Made by a program: the position numbers and the translations under genes. The notes beneath the pieces are model-generated. The model did no database searches. It was not told the DNA's origin and saw only the letters and a list, made by a program, of their open reading frames with translations. 64,000 nt of DNA from Paraspadella gotoi (taxonomy: Eukaryota; Animalia; Chaetognatha). The stretch covers positions 15,439,103 to 15,503,102 of the forward strand of contig CM119268.1 in the NCBI GenBank assembly GCA_051294375.1. Reading direction: 5' to 3'. Below, one piece after another: positions 13,893 through 26,801 of this stretch (position 1 is the first letter of the stretch; each line of letters starts with the position of its first letter).

Positions 13893-14847
13893 TGGCAAAT
13901 TCGTAAATTCCGAGCGAGAGATCGTAACTTTTTCAGTGTGTGTGTGAGTTCTATAAAAAAAGAAGGAGAGAGATACCGAGTTGTCGTTTTTTCGGATGAT
14001 TTGGATTTTTGTCTTTTCTTTGTTTCTCTCATTGAATCATTCGAATCGGGAACACAATGACCAAAAATGAAAACATAAGTTTGGGCCTCTCTTCGGACGT
14101 GATGGTCGAGAGTTAGGGTCATTCTTTCGAGTTCACTTTGGAAATCAGAAAAAAATTTCATCTCCTAGTTGTAGTGCGAACAATAAGGAAATTATCACGG
14201 GAAAAAAAATTTCGTTTCTTTTTCTCAATATTTATATTCTCAATTGTTTTGATATCATAATAGATCAGAATTTCCTCAAATAGACAGTTTAGTATTTACC
14301 TCTGGATAAAAAAAAAATTTATGTTGTTAGGCACTGTGACACACGAGTTTTTCAAAACTGATATTAGCTGGCTTTTATTAGTACAGTAACTGGGAGAAAT
14401 AAGTTCAAACTCTTACACAATATACAAAGTTAGGCGGGAAAATTGAATATATACAAGTTATAAACTCGAACGCCCTTCTTTTGAATATTGCAAAAAATGA
14501 TAATTTTCTATGATTCACAAATCATTTTTTTCTTTGCTTATTATGGTTCTTAGAACGATCCTAATACCTCTTTCTCTCAGAATCTTTTCCGATCAAAAAA
14601 AAAAAAAAGAAAAATCTTTGCGTACGCCTTTGCTTTCCGTTTACGCTAATTTGTTATTTCTCCGAGATTTTTTTCCGCTTTTTAATTTTCGATTATGACG
14701 AGATGGGCTCCGGGAAGAAAACGTTACTTAATTATAATTACATTATTGGCGAGGATTTTCCAATTCATGTCGGCGGCTCAGAACAACGGGAGTCAATCAA
14801 GCATAGGGGATTTCGCGAATTATGTCTTTTTGGAGGCGTCTCACGAT

Positions 14848-16111
14848 CAGCTTTATTGTAAAATTCCAAAGTGCTTGGATGGAAGGCGCATTGAACGGAC
14901 TCGTCGCTTCATCATTCGAGATTTTCATTATTCAAGTGTGAAGCGTATGCTTTTACTTATGTCCTCCATTGAGCGGTAATAAAGTATTCTGCATAAAAAT
15001 AAAATAAGCTAATTGTTAGGCTTTTTGTAGTAAAATTGCTGGTACCTGAGCTTCATAATATTTTTAATTTTTCCCATAGCAACCCAGGACCTGTCTGCTA
15101 CGGAAAGGACGCTTGTCAGAGGTAAGAATTATTTTCAAAAAACTAATTGCATAAAAATTTTAATGAATCTAAAAATCATTTAATTTTTTTAATAACGGTT
15201 TAATATATTCTTTTATTTGTTGAGTTAAATTGTCAATTAGTGTATGATTTAGAATAGTTTATGGTGGACTAAAATCCACTAGCCGTTCATCAGCGGTCAT
15301 TGGTGCCGGTGGCAAGTCATCCGCCTCCCAACCCAAAGGTCTGGTGTTCTAGCCTCTTTAATGACTTCTTGAAAGCTCATTTTTCCTTTAACGCATTCCA
15401 GAAGGGACGCCTCTTCCTCTGGGTAATACGTCTCGGACAAAACTAAAATTTTTTTTTTTAAATATCAACTTGAAGAGACAGTAATTATTGTTGTGTTAGT
15501 GACAGAACCGTTCAATATAAGCAGTCACTGAGCTACGGATCAGGCTGTAACACCATGTTACAGGCGGGTTAAGCGCCCCGTCCCTCTTAACTGCCAGGCG
15601 ACCACGGGGCTAGAACACCAGACTTTGGGTTGGGAGGCGGATGACTTGCCACCGGCACCAATGACCGCTGATGAACGGCTAGTGGATTTTAGTCCACCAT
15701 AAACTATTCTAAATCATACACTAATTGACAATTTAACTCAACAAATAAAAGAATATATTAAACCGTTATTAAAAAATTAAATGATTTTTAGATTCATTAA
15801 AATTTTTATGCAATTAGTTTTTTGAAATAATTCTTACCTCTGACAAGCGTCCTTTCCGTAGCAGACAGGTCCTGGGTTGCTATGGGAAAAATTAAAAATA
15901 TTATGAAGCTCAGGTACCAGCAATTTTACTACAAAAAGCCTAACAATTAGCTTATTTTATTTTTATGCAGAATACTTTATTACCGCTCAATGGAGGACAT
16001 AAGTAAAAGCATACGCTTCACACTTGAATAATGAAAATCTCGAATCATGAAGCGACGAGTCCGTTCAATGCGCCTTCCATCCAAGCACTTTGGAATTTTA
16101 CAATAAAGCTG
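14848..16111. repeat. Near-perfect ~505-bp inverted repeat (fold-back)
   Basis: 14848-15354 is the reverse complement of 15608-16111, ending at an N gap. Spacer part 15422-15607 recurs directly at 16264-16447. Confidence 0.95.
15597..15668 (-). mobile_element. tRNA-derived SINE-like head or pseudo-tRNA
   Basis: Minus strand has acceptor-stem-like GCGGTCA...TGGTCGC, A-box-like TGGTGCCGGTGG, a CTCCCAA loop (Gly-like) and B-box-like GTTCTAGCC. The anticodon stem is unpaired. A truncated inverted copy is at 15293-15354. Confidence 0.55.
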
Positions 16112-16553
16112 NNNNNNNNNNNNNNNNNNNNNNNNNTGTTTCACATCTATTTTTTACCCGATTTTCCAGGCGCGTTGACATTATTTTGGTAGTCAGATTG
16201 CAACGAAAATCTCCATTGAAAGTCTTCCTCCGATTTGCTAGAACCGACTGTGTAGACTTCCATAGGTATACGTCTTCGGACAAAACTAAAATTTTTTTTT
16301 TTAAATATCAACTTGAAGAGACAGTAATTATTGTTGTGTTAGTGACAGAACCGTTCAATATAAGCAGTCACTGGCTACGGATCAGGCTGTAACACCATGT
16401 TACAGGCGGGTAAGCGCCCCGTCCCTCTTAACTGCCAGGCACCACGGCGACATAAGTGCAATTATGAACGGGCTGCAGCCCTCAGAACTCGGAAAAATCG
16501 ACTGCTCAAAGCTCTCGCAGGTTTTTAATTTTGATAATGATTTTTAGTCGGAT

Positions 16554-16620
16554 CTTTTTATCAGCAGATTCCAACTCTATAAAGTATAATCCACTTTGTC
16601 GGTCCGTCGGTCCACCCCTA
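16554..16620 (+). mobile_element. Helentron/DINE-1 (HINE)-like element end
   Basis: TTTTTA...actctata...ccactttGTCGGTCCGTCGGTCC resembles the subterminal GTCY microsatellite arrangement of HINEs. Similar strings occur at ~26910-26950 (minus) and 58191-58222. Confidence 0.35.
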
Positions 16621-17581
16621 TTATTTTGTTAGAACTTCGAATTTTCTAAATGTTTGTCCTTCCCCCCTCAGTTTTAAACGCCAAAACTCGTGATTGGATG
16701 GTAATGATGATGATGATGATAATAATAATTCTTGAAGCTGCAAATTCTTGAAGCTGTGATAGTTTATAATATAGTTTAATATTTAATTTATTTTAGATTA
16801 ATTAATTAGCAATTAATTGTCGTGGGCTAATCTGACCATTTTTGCTCTTATTATTCTTTTATTATTTTTAACTTATTCAGTTGAACTTTGATAAGGACAA
16901 ACTAAGTTTATCCACTTAAATATTTTTTTTAAGACTCGAAACAAAATCATGGAGCAGAGAAGGCAAGTGAAAATGATCTCTGTGAGGAAGAACCGCAAAA
17001 GAAAAAGACACTTGTTGATTCAAAGAAAGATCAATCTAAAAAAGTAGGACGCCCAAGAAAAATTCCAACAAAAAGAGGGCGTTACATCCGTAAATCAAAG
17101 GGTAAATAACATTTTATTTTTTATTTAATCTGATCCGTTGTGACAACAAAATATATATCAGTATTTGGCATATATATACACGAAGAAAATCATCAGGTTC
17201 TCCGCAACTCGGTGGTAGATTTTATCCTGAAAACTCATCTGCCAAGTGAATCAAAGGAAAGAGACGATAACTTTTTTCAACGAATGAGAAATATGCGCTG
17301 TCAAACCACATGGATGGAAACTCTAGAGGTAGAAGGTTTTGCTTACTTTTTGAACACTCATATTTACACTTGCGTTTCCCTGGAATTGAATCAGTGTACG
17401 CAGTATTTTTGGCAACGAATGCCACACCTTTCGTCACCCAAAAAAGTGGAAAATCACTGTGAAATTTATATGTTCAATTCATTTAACCATTTTCAACTCG
17501 TTATAAAACATTAAATAAAAATCGAATTTCGTCATTGTAATGAGTGAATTTACTTTTATTTGGGAAGAGAAAGAAGATAAG

Positions 17582-17666
<85 letters not shown>

Positions 17667-17954
17667 AAATGTAAACGATAGTTACTTTTCAAATTAAATT
17701 TTTCATAATGAACTAACGTCCGATTTTTAAATACGCACTTAAATCTATTACTTTCACTATGTAATCATGTCAAATTTAAATAATATTAAGTTGAATAGAT
17801 TGAATTTGATGCAAGGAGCGCCGCTATCGTTTAAGTCTTCACTTTGCACTTGACATCACAGTCTTTCACATCCGGGAATGGAGATTGTCGGTGAAAGAAG
17901 AGACAAATGGACGCTTTGGCTCTTTATCTCTCCATCGGATGGGACCGGGGGCGA

Positions 17955-18011
<57 letters not shown>

Positions 18012-19824
18012 GAAGAGACAGAGAGAAAGAAACGACAGAGAGAATAGATAGATGGGTGACACACTTTGGTGTATTTTTCGCGGTTAAAAGAATTTTCTTA
18101 ATTTATTTTGTGAAACTCTTTAATTTTAAGTTTAATCAAGATATTCTTCACTGTTCCTCTTTCTTACAGCTGTGACTTTTCTCATGATTGATGTGATATG
18201 TCGAGACTCAGCTGACGAAAGGCATTAAAGACTTTTTACTTTTTACATTTTACCATCAGAATCAGCAAAGTTTCTTCCACTATATCCCTGTTCACCATTC
18301 CAACATTTTCTTCTACGTCATTTCCTTTTCTACCTTCCCTGTCTCTCTACTCACCATTTTTCTGATGAACTCGGGCTTTGCCCACCTTCGTCTCCCTCAT
18401 CCTCTTCGTCTCCCTCATCTCATGGTCACCTTAATCACACCCCACTCTCCCTCCCTTTCACCCCACGACTCATCACCTCCCTCGACGTCCCCCCCCCCTA
18501 ACGTCCATTTTCGCCCAGAGTTCATTTCACTTTTCGATTTCCCTTGAAAGCCTCTAAAAGTCGGCACAGTGGATTTAGCGCCGTTTAAAAAAAAGAAGGT
18601 GGTAAACTGAGATTATCATGACTGCTGCTACCAAAATTTATACTACAGATATAATGTGTATATTCCGATTGTATGTATAATTGTATTTAGAGCTAAAAGT
18701 TTCAGCTCTAAGTCTAAAGTAGTAAGAAATGTTCAAAAAAAGATTCAAAACTGGACCAACTGGGCTCACAGTGATCTTGGAGGGAAAAAAAGTCATCTTC
18801 TCGATTCACTAAAGAGATTCAAACTACGTAACTAAAACAACCTCTCTGTTTTGTTACTTTGCCACGACATTTTACTTTGGTTCCTTGAATTCTCTCTCTC
18901 TCTCTCTCTCTCTCAGTCCTCGTCCCTCCCCTCTATCTCTCTCGTCTCTCTCTCTCTCTTCTCCTCTCTCCTCCCTCTCTCCCTCTCTCTCTCTCTTCTC
19001 ACTCTCTCCTCGGGCCGCTGATCGGGGGGACCTTGTTCTTTCCTGATTGGACTTGGGAGCCTGTGACCCGAAATCATCACATTTGTCCAGTCAGCAGTCC
19101 ATCGGGGCGATCCCCTTGGGAGGAAGGGGTGGCGGGGGAAAGAAGAAGAAGGGGTGGGTAAAGAAAGGGGGGGGAATTGGGTTCGGATAATGTTTGGTCA
19201 GGTCAGAAACGAGACGCATCCGCTGAGGAACGGAAGGAGAAAAATGAGAAAAAAAAAAGAAAGGAAGAAAGGAAAGGATTAAGGAGGAAAAGTCCGGGAT
19301 CTTAAGAGTTAAGAGATGAAAGACCAGAAATGGAGATTTTTATTCCTTTCGTTTTTCCGAAGGAGAAAATAAAACGAAAAGAGAAGAGGGAAAACTAAAA
19401 GTTTTTCTTCTTTTTACTTTAAAGTAAATCGAAATTATTGTGTTGTATAGCTAATAATAGTTTACGAATTACCAAACTTAAGCCATAGACTCAAACCGGC
19501 GAAAGCTGACTGTTCCCCTTTTGATTTAATGACACGTTCAGTTACTTTGAATTCCTTTAATTTAACTTCGAAAGAAAAGCATGTTCTTGTCTTCTTGAGA
19601 AATCAACTTCAATTAATTCATTTATACCAAGCGCGAATGAGAGTGAAAGCCCCTCCCACGAAGGACGCCACCACTCCGAACTCAGTCAAAATCTAAATTA
19701 ACAAAATATAATTAATATATAAATAAGTCTATCTGTGAAACAAATTAATTGAATCATTCCAAATATTCGAATCTATCAGTATCAAACGAAACAAATGAAC
19801 CAAATCTATTATCGTTTGATTGCA

Positions 19825-20075
19825 GAATGTTAAAAATTTTGACGACGACGACGACGACGACAACTACGACGACGACGACAACTACGACGACTACAACGAC
19901 GACTATTCGAAAAAATCCCGTCCTCACCCCAATGAGAATGTTGGATTGTCGATGGAGTTTGATTTGGTTGTGATGGACGGAGGAGATCTCGACGAAGATG
20001 CACATCGCGCTGAGTTGCAGGAGGCAAGACGACATGAAGAACGACTGCGAGAGAAGAAGATGGATCACATTCTCT
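19825..20075 (+). CDS. Possible acidic coding exon, unknown protein (indel-bearing copy at 27035-27280)
   Basis: ttgcAG acceptor followed by an open frame NVKNFDDD...DLDEDAHRAELQEARRHEERLREKKMDHIL up to the gap. Partly (GAC)n microsatellite. Confidence 0.3.
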
Positions 20076-21588
20076 NNNNNNNNNNNNNNNNNNNNNNNNN
20101 NNNNNNNNNNNNNNNNNNNNNNNNNNNNNNNNNNNNNNNNNNNNNNNNNNNNNNNNNNNNNNNNNNNNNNNNNNNNNNNNNNNNNNNNNNNNNNNNNNNN
20201 NNNNNNNNNNNNNNNNNNNNNNNNNNNNNNNNNNNNNNNNNNNNNNNNNNNNNNNNNNNNNNNNNNACGAGCCGCTTTCTCATGACGATGACGACGACGA
20301 CGGACGCCAAGCGAAAAGCCATCGTCAAGATCATCGCTACGCAGAAAAATCTGACGGGAATATCAGTTTTTAACAATTACTCGCGGCGAAACTAAAAAAT
20401 AATTTTTCGTTCGATATAACTAAAGAGCCTCATTATGACCTCTTTATTCGGTTCATATCCTTACTTTTCGCCGTCGGTGATGACCCGACTTCCGCCGAGG
20501 GCAGAGAATAACGAATTCGCGTCGACGAAGGCGGCGAGGGCGACTATGACCACCGTCTTCCGAAGTGGGCGTGGCGGTGGGCGCAGAGAGGGAGAGGGTG
20601 TGGAGTATGAGGTTAGAAAAAGGCAACNNNNNNNNNNNNNNNNNNNNNNNNNNNNNNNNNNNNNNNNNNNNNNNNNNNNNNNNNNNNNNNNNNNNNNNNN
20701 NNNNNNNNNNNNNNNNNNNNNNNNNNNNNNNNNNNNNNNNNNNNNNNNNNNNNNNNNNNNNNNNNNNNNNNNNNNNNNNNNNNNNNNNNNNNNNNNNNNN
20801 NNNNNNNNNNNNNNNNNNNNNNNNNNNNNNNNNNNNNNACCCCTTCAGTTCGTCTCATTTTCCCGCCACTCACGGAAATAACGAAGGAAAAGGCGAGCGA
20901 GGATTTGTTGGACGACATCTCTTCTGAGACTCCTGTCTGTGGACCACGAAAAAAAACTTCTCTCTTTAGTCTTTACTCAAGAAAAATAAACAATGTTTCT
21001 TCGACGGGAAAAAATGAGATGGGTGCGCTGATTTTCTTTCGGTTTAAAATTGTTTGAGATGTTGAGACCAAAGATTTAGATATCGAATTTATTCCCGAAG
21101 ATTGGAATTGATTGAAATAAGAAAGCAAAACTGGAATGGAGAAATCTTACGATGCTCTTTTTTTTTTAACGTGCGCTGTGACGGTTGAGTAATGAGTATT
21201 CTTCTGATTATTATTGGTGGATCTGAAGCGATTGTCGCCGTGAATAGTTTTGTCGTTGATTCTTGCGATAAAGCGCACAGCGTCGGAGCCTAAGCTTGGA
21301 AAAAGTCAAAAGCTTTTTAATTTTCTCCACGACCTCCGCTCATTTCTCTCTTTTCTCTTTCCCTCTTTCTTTCCATTTCTCCTCTGTCTTTCTAAGTTTC
21401 TCCCTCTCTTCTTTCTCCCTTCGTCTCCAACTCTAATTAGTTCAAAACCCATCTCGTGATCTACGAAAAAATCGGCGCCTTTGATAAAAACAAAAGGACA
21501 GAATAAATCTCAGAGAAAAGGGTAAGCGAAACACCATATAGTTTTCCCTGTTTAACTTCTGATACTATTTGATTTATTGATTCAGACT

Positions 21589-21635
21589 AAAACACTGATG
21601 AAGAGCAGAAATACTGTTCGAAATATGTCTGTTTT
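21589..21635 (+). ncRNA. Minimal type I hammerhead ribozyme of Penelope-like-element type
   Basis: AAAACA-CTGATGA-A-GAGCAG-aaata-CTGTTC-GAAA-TAT-GTC-TGTTTT. Helix I AAAACA/TGTTTT, helix II GAGCAG/CTGTTC, both core boxes, GUC triplet, near-palindromic helix III. AATAAA lies just downstream. Confidence 0.75.
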
Positions 21636-22454
21636 CACTAAAAATAAAATTCGTTGCGAAAACTCAATAATTTCTCTACTAAGATTATATTATAAATTAT
21701 ATATGCTCTGGACTAAGTACTTAAAATTTAAGTAAACTTACGTCAACTTACTTAGATTATGCTCACGGTTCAAGATATGCATTTGATCAACGACCAATTT
21801 AATGAACCATGGTAGCTTATCAGAAGGCGTCGCACAAGTTCTTCCTCTGCCACTGCACTCCTCTGTTTTACTAATTTTTTTTTCGGGACGCTAATCAAGA
21901 ACGCGCCCTCGATTTGGCAGCTTAGAAAGAAAAAAGAAACGTCTCGCTCTCTCTCTTTTTTTTTGGGAGCCTGAAAAGAAACTGAGAATCACCTTTTAAT
22001 TCCTTAAAATAAAAGGGAAGGAACTCGTCCTTCCCTTTTTCCTAACGAAGAGCGATTTTCATTTCGGATCCCTTGAGTTTTGGCTTTAAATTAGGGAGGC
22101 AAAGGGGGATGGGGTTGGCCGAATGGGTGGTAGGGGAGGTGGACACAAGGGTGGAAGAGTAAAAGGCATAGGAGATATAAGTAGGCACGGAAATAATGGA
22201 CGAATTTGGAAATAAGGACGCACATTAAAAGACATAAGACATGAGCTCTTTTTTTTTTGTCCTTCGCTTAATACTCCCAAGTCTATAGGAATTTTTAACA
22301 TATTGACAATTTACTTTAGTCGTTAAGTTTTCGACTCCCTCTCACACTTGACGCACTTGACACACCCTAACTTCCGCGCTCCCATGTTCTCTCTAAGATC
22401 CGCCTCCTAATCACTGGCTCACTTTGACTTTTGTTTGACTTCCAAAAAGGCGAG

Positions 22455-22612
22455 AAATGACGGCGCCGACGCCGCCGCACAATGCCGTCCGACGCCGGCC
22501 GACGGTGTTAAACGCCGCCCGACATCGTCTGACGACGACCGACGCCGTCCGACGCCGGCCGACGTTGCCAGGCGCTGCTCGACGCCGCTCGACGCCGCTC
22601 GTGGGCGCCAAT
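22455..22612. repeat. Degenerate ~10-bp CpG-rich tandem repeat (GACGCCGNCC; copy at 29625-29767)
   Basis: gacgccgtcc gacgccggcc gacgttgcca ggcgctgctc gacgccgctc gacgccgctc. Confidence 0.75.
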
Positions 22613-23908
22613 AGAAAATTGCGCGATACTCGCGTCGCTGAGGCGTGAGGAAGACGTCGTCGCTTCCGGTGGCCAAAGATCGGAGTTGCCAAGAGAGGAG
22701 GAGAGNNNNNNNNNNNNNNNNNNNNNNNNNNNNNNNNNNNNNNNNNNNNNNNNNNNNNNNNNNNNNNNNNNNNNNNNNNNNNNNNNNNNNNNNNNNNNNN
22801 NNNNNNNNNNNNNNNNNNNNNNNNNNNNNNNNNNNNNNNNNNNNNNNNNNNNNNNNNNNNNNNNNNNNNNNNNNNNNNNNNNNNNNNNNNNNNNNNNNNN
22901 NNNNNNNNNNNNNNNNNNNNNNNNNNNNNNNNNNNNNNNNNNNNNNNNNNNNNNNNNNNNNNNNNNNNNNNNNNNNNNNNNNNNNNNNNNNNNNNNNNNN
23001 NNNNNNNNNNNNNNNNNNNNNNNNNNNNNNNNNNNNNNNNNNNNNNNNNNNNNNNNNNNNNNNNNNNNNNNNNNNNNNNNNNNNNNNNNNNNNNNNNNNN
23101 NNNNNNNNNNNNNNNNNNNNNNNNNNNNNNNNNNNNNNNNNNNNNNNNNNNNNNNNNNNNNNNNNNNNNNNNNNNNNNNNNNNAAAAGAATAAAAAGAAG
23201 ACAAAGCGGAGGGACAGAGACATAGGAAGCGATGATATAGAAGATGAAAATTATCAGGAGAGGCGTTTCGATATTGGGAAGTATATAAATGCGATGAGGA
23301 ATGTAATAGGAAAGGAAGAGGGAATAGGGTTAGCGAATAGGAATAGGAAACAGGGAGGAAGAGTGAGAAGTGAAAAATAAAAAGGAAGAGAAAAATCTTT
23401 GAGAGACGCGTGATGCCAATAAAGAGGGAAAAAAAGTTGGAGTCTAAAAAAAGAGTTCGGACATTCGGAAGATCTTTTCGCTTCTTGGATCAAACAAGGG
23501 GAAACGAAAGAAACAAAAGAAGAAACAAAATGTAGAACTGACCAGTGACCACTTGGTTTGCGACGACATATAATCGCAAATGTTACGTTTATTTCAATGG
23601 GAACTATCTTAACTTACGTTCCATTTTTTTCCATATGCAATATTCAACCAATTTTTACCCCTTATACCTTTTTATTCTCCCTACCACAAGCTTGGCCCAT
23701 TCCCCTAAGTCATCTCCACCAAGCCCCTATCCTCTCTCGCCTTCTTCCCCTTTTCCTTTCTCCACCACCAACAATATAATGGGAATGGTCAGTCAAGCTG
23801 AGAAAATAAAAAGTCTACGTGATGAGTTGGACGCTGGTCAGTCGCCATGGGAACCACCGCCGCCGCCCGGGGCCGCCTGAGCCGAAATGGGATAAAGGAA
23901 ACTCCCCC

Positions 23909-23951
<43 letters not shown>

Positions 23952-25264
23952 TACTCTTCCGTCTCCCTTTTATCCTATTCCCCTTTCTCATTTCTGTCCA
24001 TTGCTTCTCGCTCTCTGCCTTTCTATCTCTTTTGTCTTTTCTCTTTATAAGTTCGTCAACATTTGGTTTAAAAACTTAAGAATTTGAATAAAAAAAACAA
24101 CTAAAGAGACAGAAACAGTTGAAGCTTGCAAAAAATATAATAAGAGAGTGAGAGCGAGAGCGAGACAGTGAGAGAAGAGAGATAGATCGAGCATCTCTCT
24201 TCTAAACAACGAGCGTCCAACTTCCACGGAAACTAAATCCTAGAAAATGAAGTCGGACAAATCGAGGATTTTCATTTCACTTGAGACGCTAGAGAGAGAN
24301 NNNNNNNNNNNNNNNNNNNNNNNNNNNNNNNNNNNNNNNNNNNNNNNNNNNNNNNNNNNNNNNNNNNNNNNNNNNNNNNNNNNNNNNNNNNNNNNNNNNN
24401 NNNNNNNNNNNNNNNNNNNNNNNNNNNNNNNNNNNNNNNNNNNNNNNNNNNNNNNNNNNNNNNNTTCTTTTTCCTCTTTTGCCTTTTTTTTTGTGGGTGA
24501 GTGTCAGATTGTGTGTGGAGAGTCGGCTAATAAAGAAAGGTATTAGTCTCGGACTCGGATTGGACGGGCGGCGGCGAAGACAGGGGAGGAGGGGGGGAGG
24601 TGGAGGAGGCAATATCATGAAAAAGAAGAGGCAACTGAGGACGAAGGGTGGGAGGATGAGAAAACAAACCCAATTTGCGTTTGACCATAAAAGGAAATGA
24701 CAAGCGGGGCCGACCATTTCCGAAGGAATATCCTTTTTCTTGTTGAGTCTCGTCGTCTCCGTCGTCGCAATTCCTGTCGTTATCGTCGTCGTCGTCGTCG
24801 TCGTTGTCACGGTCGAGCGATCTTTTCTCTCCTCTGACAATTTCTTCCACTCTCACGGTTCGACCTCAACATTGCGTTGCTTCTCTTGCTTTCTTGTCCG
24901 TTAATCGGGGAAAATACTGGTGCACAGATGCTCAAAGTTATACTTTTTCTTTTCTTTCTCTCTCCGATTCTGTCCCATCCATCTCGCTCTCTCTCTCTCT
25001 CTTCATTTGAGGGATGAGTATTTAAAAAGTTTAAAGATAAAAAATGAAGTGATATCTTGACTTCTATCTGACTCGCCTCTTCTTTTGTTTTTTTCGCATG
25101 ACCAGTCCACCAGACCATCCCACCCTGCCTTACCTCACCCCACCCGCCACCTCACCTCAGCCTCTTCTTTCGCTTTTATCCTTCGCTGCTCGTTTTCACA
25201 TTGAATTCCTTCCGCTGTCGTCGCCTCCATGAAAAATGCATTAGAAAGGATAAACCTGTCCCAT

Positions 25265-25334
<70 letters not shown>

Positions 25335-25335
25335 A

Positions 25336-25412
<77 letters not shown>

Positions 25413-26624
25413 GGGTCGCCATTCTCGTCCCCAAGAGGTCTCGTCGTTTCCGGTTCGGGTCGCCCTCTCGCTCTCGCGCGGACGCTCTGTTGCCACGGAG
25501 TGGCGCGCGGTTTCCATGGTGACGCGCTTTGGTCGCGTCCTCCCCTTTCCTATCTTCTGCTTCGTCGGTGGTCATTTGGTATTTTTCTTTTGCCTTTTAT
25601 ATAATTGAAATATTCTTTTAAATTTTATACCACTTCATTAATAGTCAAGCTATGTGCTCTGGGAGTGAATAAACTAGACTGTGAAAGTCTAGATTGAAAG
25701 CTTGTAGGGTCCTTCTGTTATTATCTTGTAAAAAGGTTGTTGTATATAGTCAGAGGCAACAAAACTTATTCATTGAATGAATGGATAATTTTTGTTTTGG
25801 TTGTAGTACCTATTTCATGAGCCAAAAAGACACCAAGTTTAGGGCACAAACCCCCCGCGCACATTCCCAACCTTTTTCCCCGGAGACTGCTCAATCGTTT
25901 TCCACCTTTCCCCCTACGCTATCAACAATCCTCCACCCTCCCCAGACCCCCCAACCACCATTCATCGTCCACCTTCTTTCCTCCCTGCAACCACCCGAAA
26001 ATTTCTCTCAACAATTTTCTTGTATCTCCTCTCGATTCCCGAGAGAATCCGACGCTGCTGGTCANNNNNNNNNNGTTGGCGCATCGAAGGCTCATACATC
26101 TCATAGTGCGTGAAGTTATTAAAAAAAAAAAAAAAAAAGGAGTATGGCCCACTTGTCACTGTCTTTGGCAAATCCCAGTCTTATAAAAAGATTTTTTTAG
26201 TTAAATGTGACATACTACGCTCTTAATCAAAATATTCTCGACTTTCATCATTTACGCTCAGTTGACTGCCTCTCAAAAAAGCTTTTCATTTTCTTCCTGG
26301 GGCAGGATTGAAATGTCACTGTTTATTAGAGGTCAACTCTTTTGTTTTCATTTTAGGATTTTTCGTTCCACAAAAACAGACGCATTCGGATTTCCGGGTT
26401 TCTGTGATCTTTTGTTTATGTACCGGTTTTACGTCCGATGCGGCGCCAAGCGGCGAAAAGAGAAAGTTTTTGACGACGAACTGTAAAAAAACAAAAGAGC
26501 ATTTCCATTTCTCTCTCTCTCTTCTTACTGGTGCCCCCCTTCAGCGCAGAAAAATTGACGCCGTAAAACAGGTGGAACCAATCTGCTTTTGCGAGAACAA
26601 AATGACAGGCGGGGATAGAGGGAA

Positions 26625-26801
<177 letters not shown>

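Larger units (their letters stand above)
14767..17514 (+). pseudogene. Spliced, probably transposon-derived gene: Cys/His knuckle, AT-hook and N-terminally truncated OTU-like protease domain
   Basis: Phase-1-compatible exons 14767-14944 (LYCKIPKC..RRFIIRDFHY), 15080-15121 and 16934-17101 (KKVGRPRK, KRGR). ORF 17140-17514 has OTU features (EENHQVLRNSVVDFI, TWMETLEVEGFAYFLNTHIY, IYMFNSFNHFQLV) but no DGNC Cys box. Confidence 0.6.

Noticed and set aside
15666-15712. Second hammerhead-like motif (CTGATGA...hairpin...TAAACTATTC)
   Set aside because: It lacks GAAA and helix I does not pair.
14332-18773. CACTGTG...CACAGTG as Transib/CACTA/RSS-like termini around the OTU gene
   Set aside because: Complementarity stops after 8 bp, there is no target-site duplication and no convincing nonamer.
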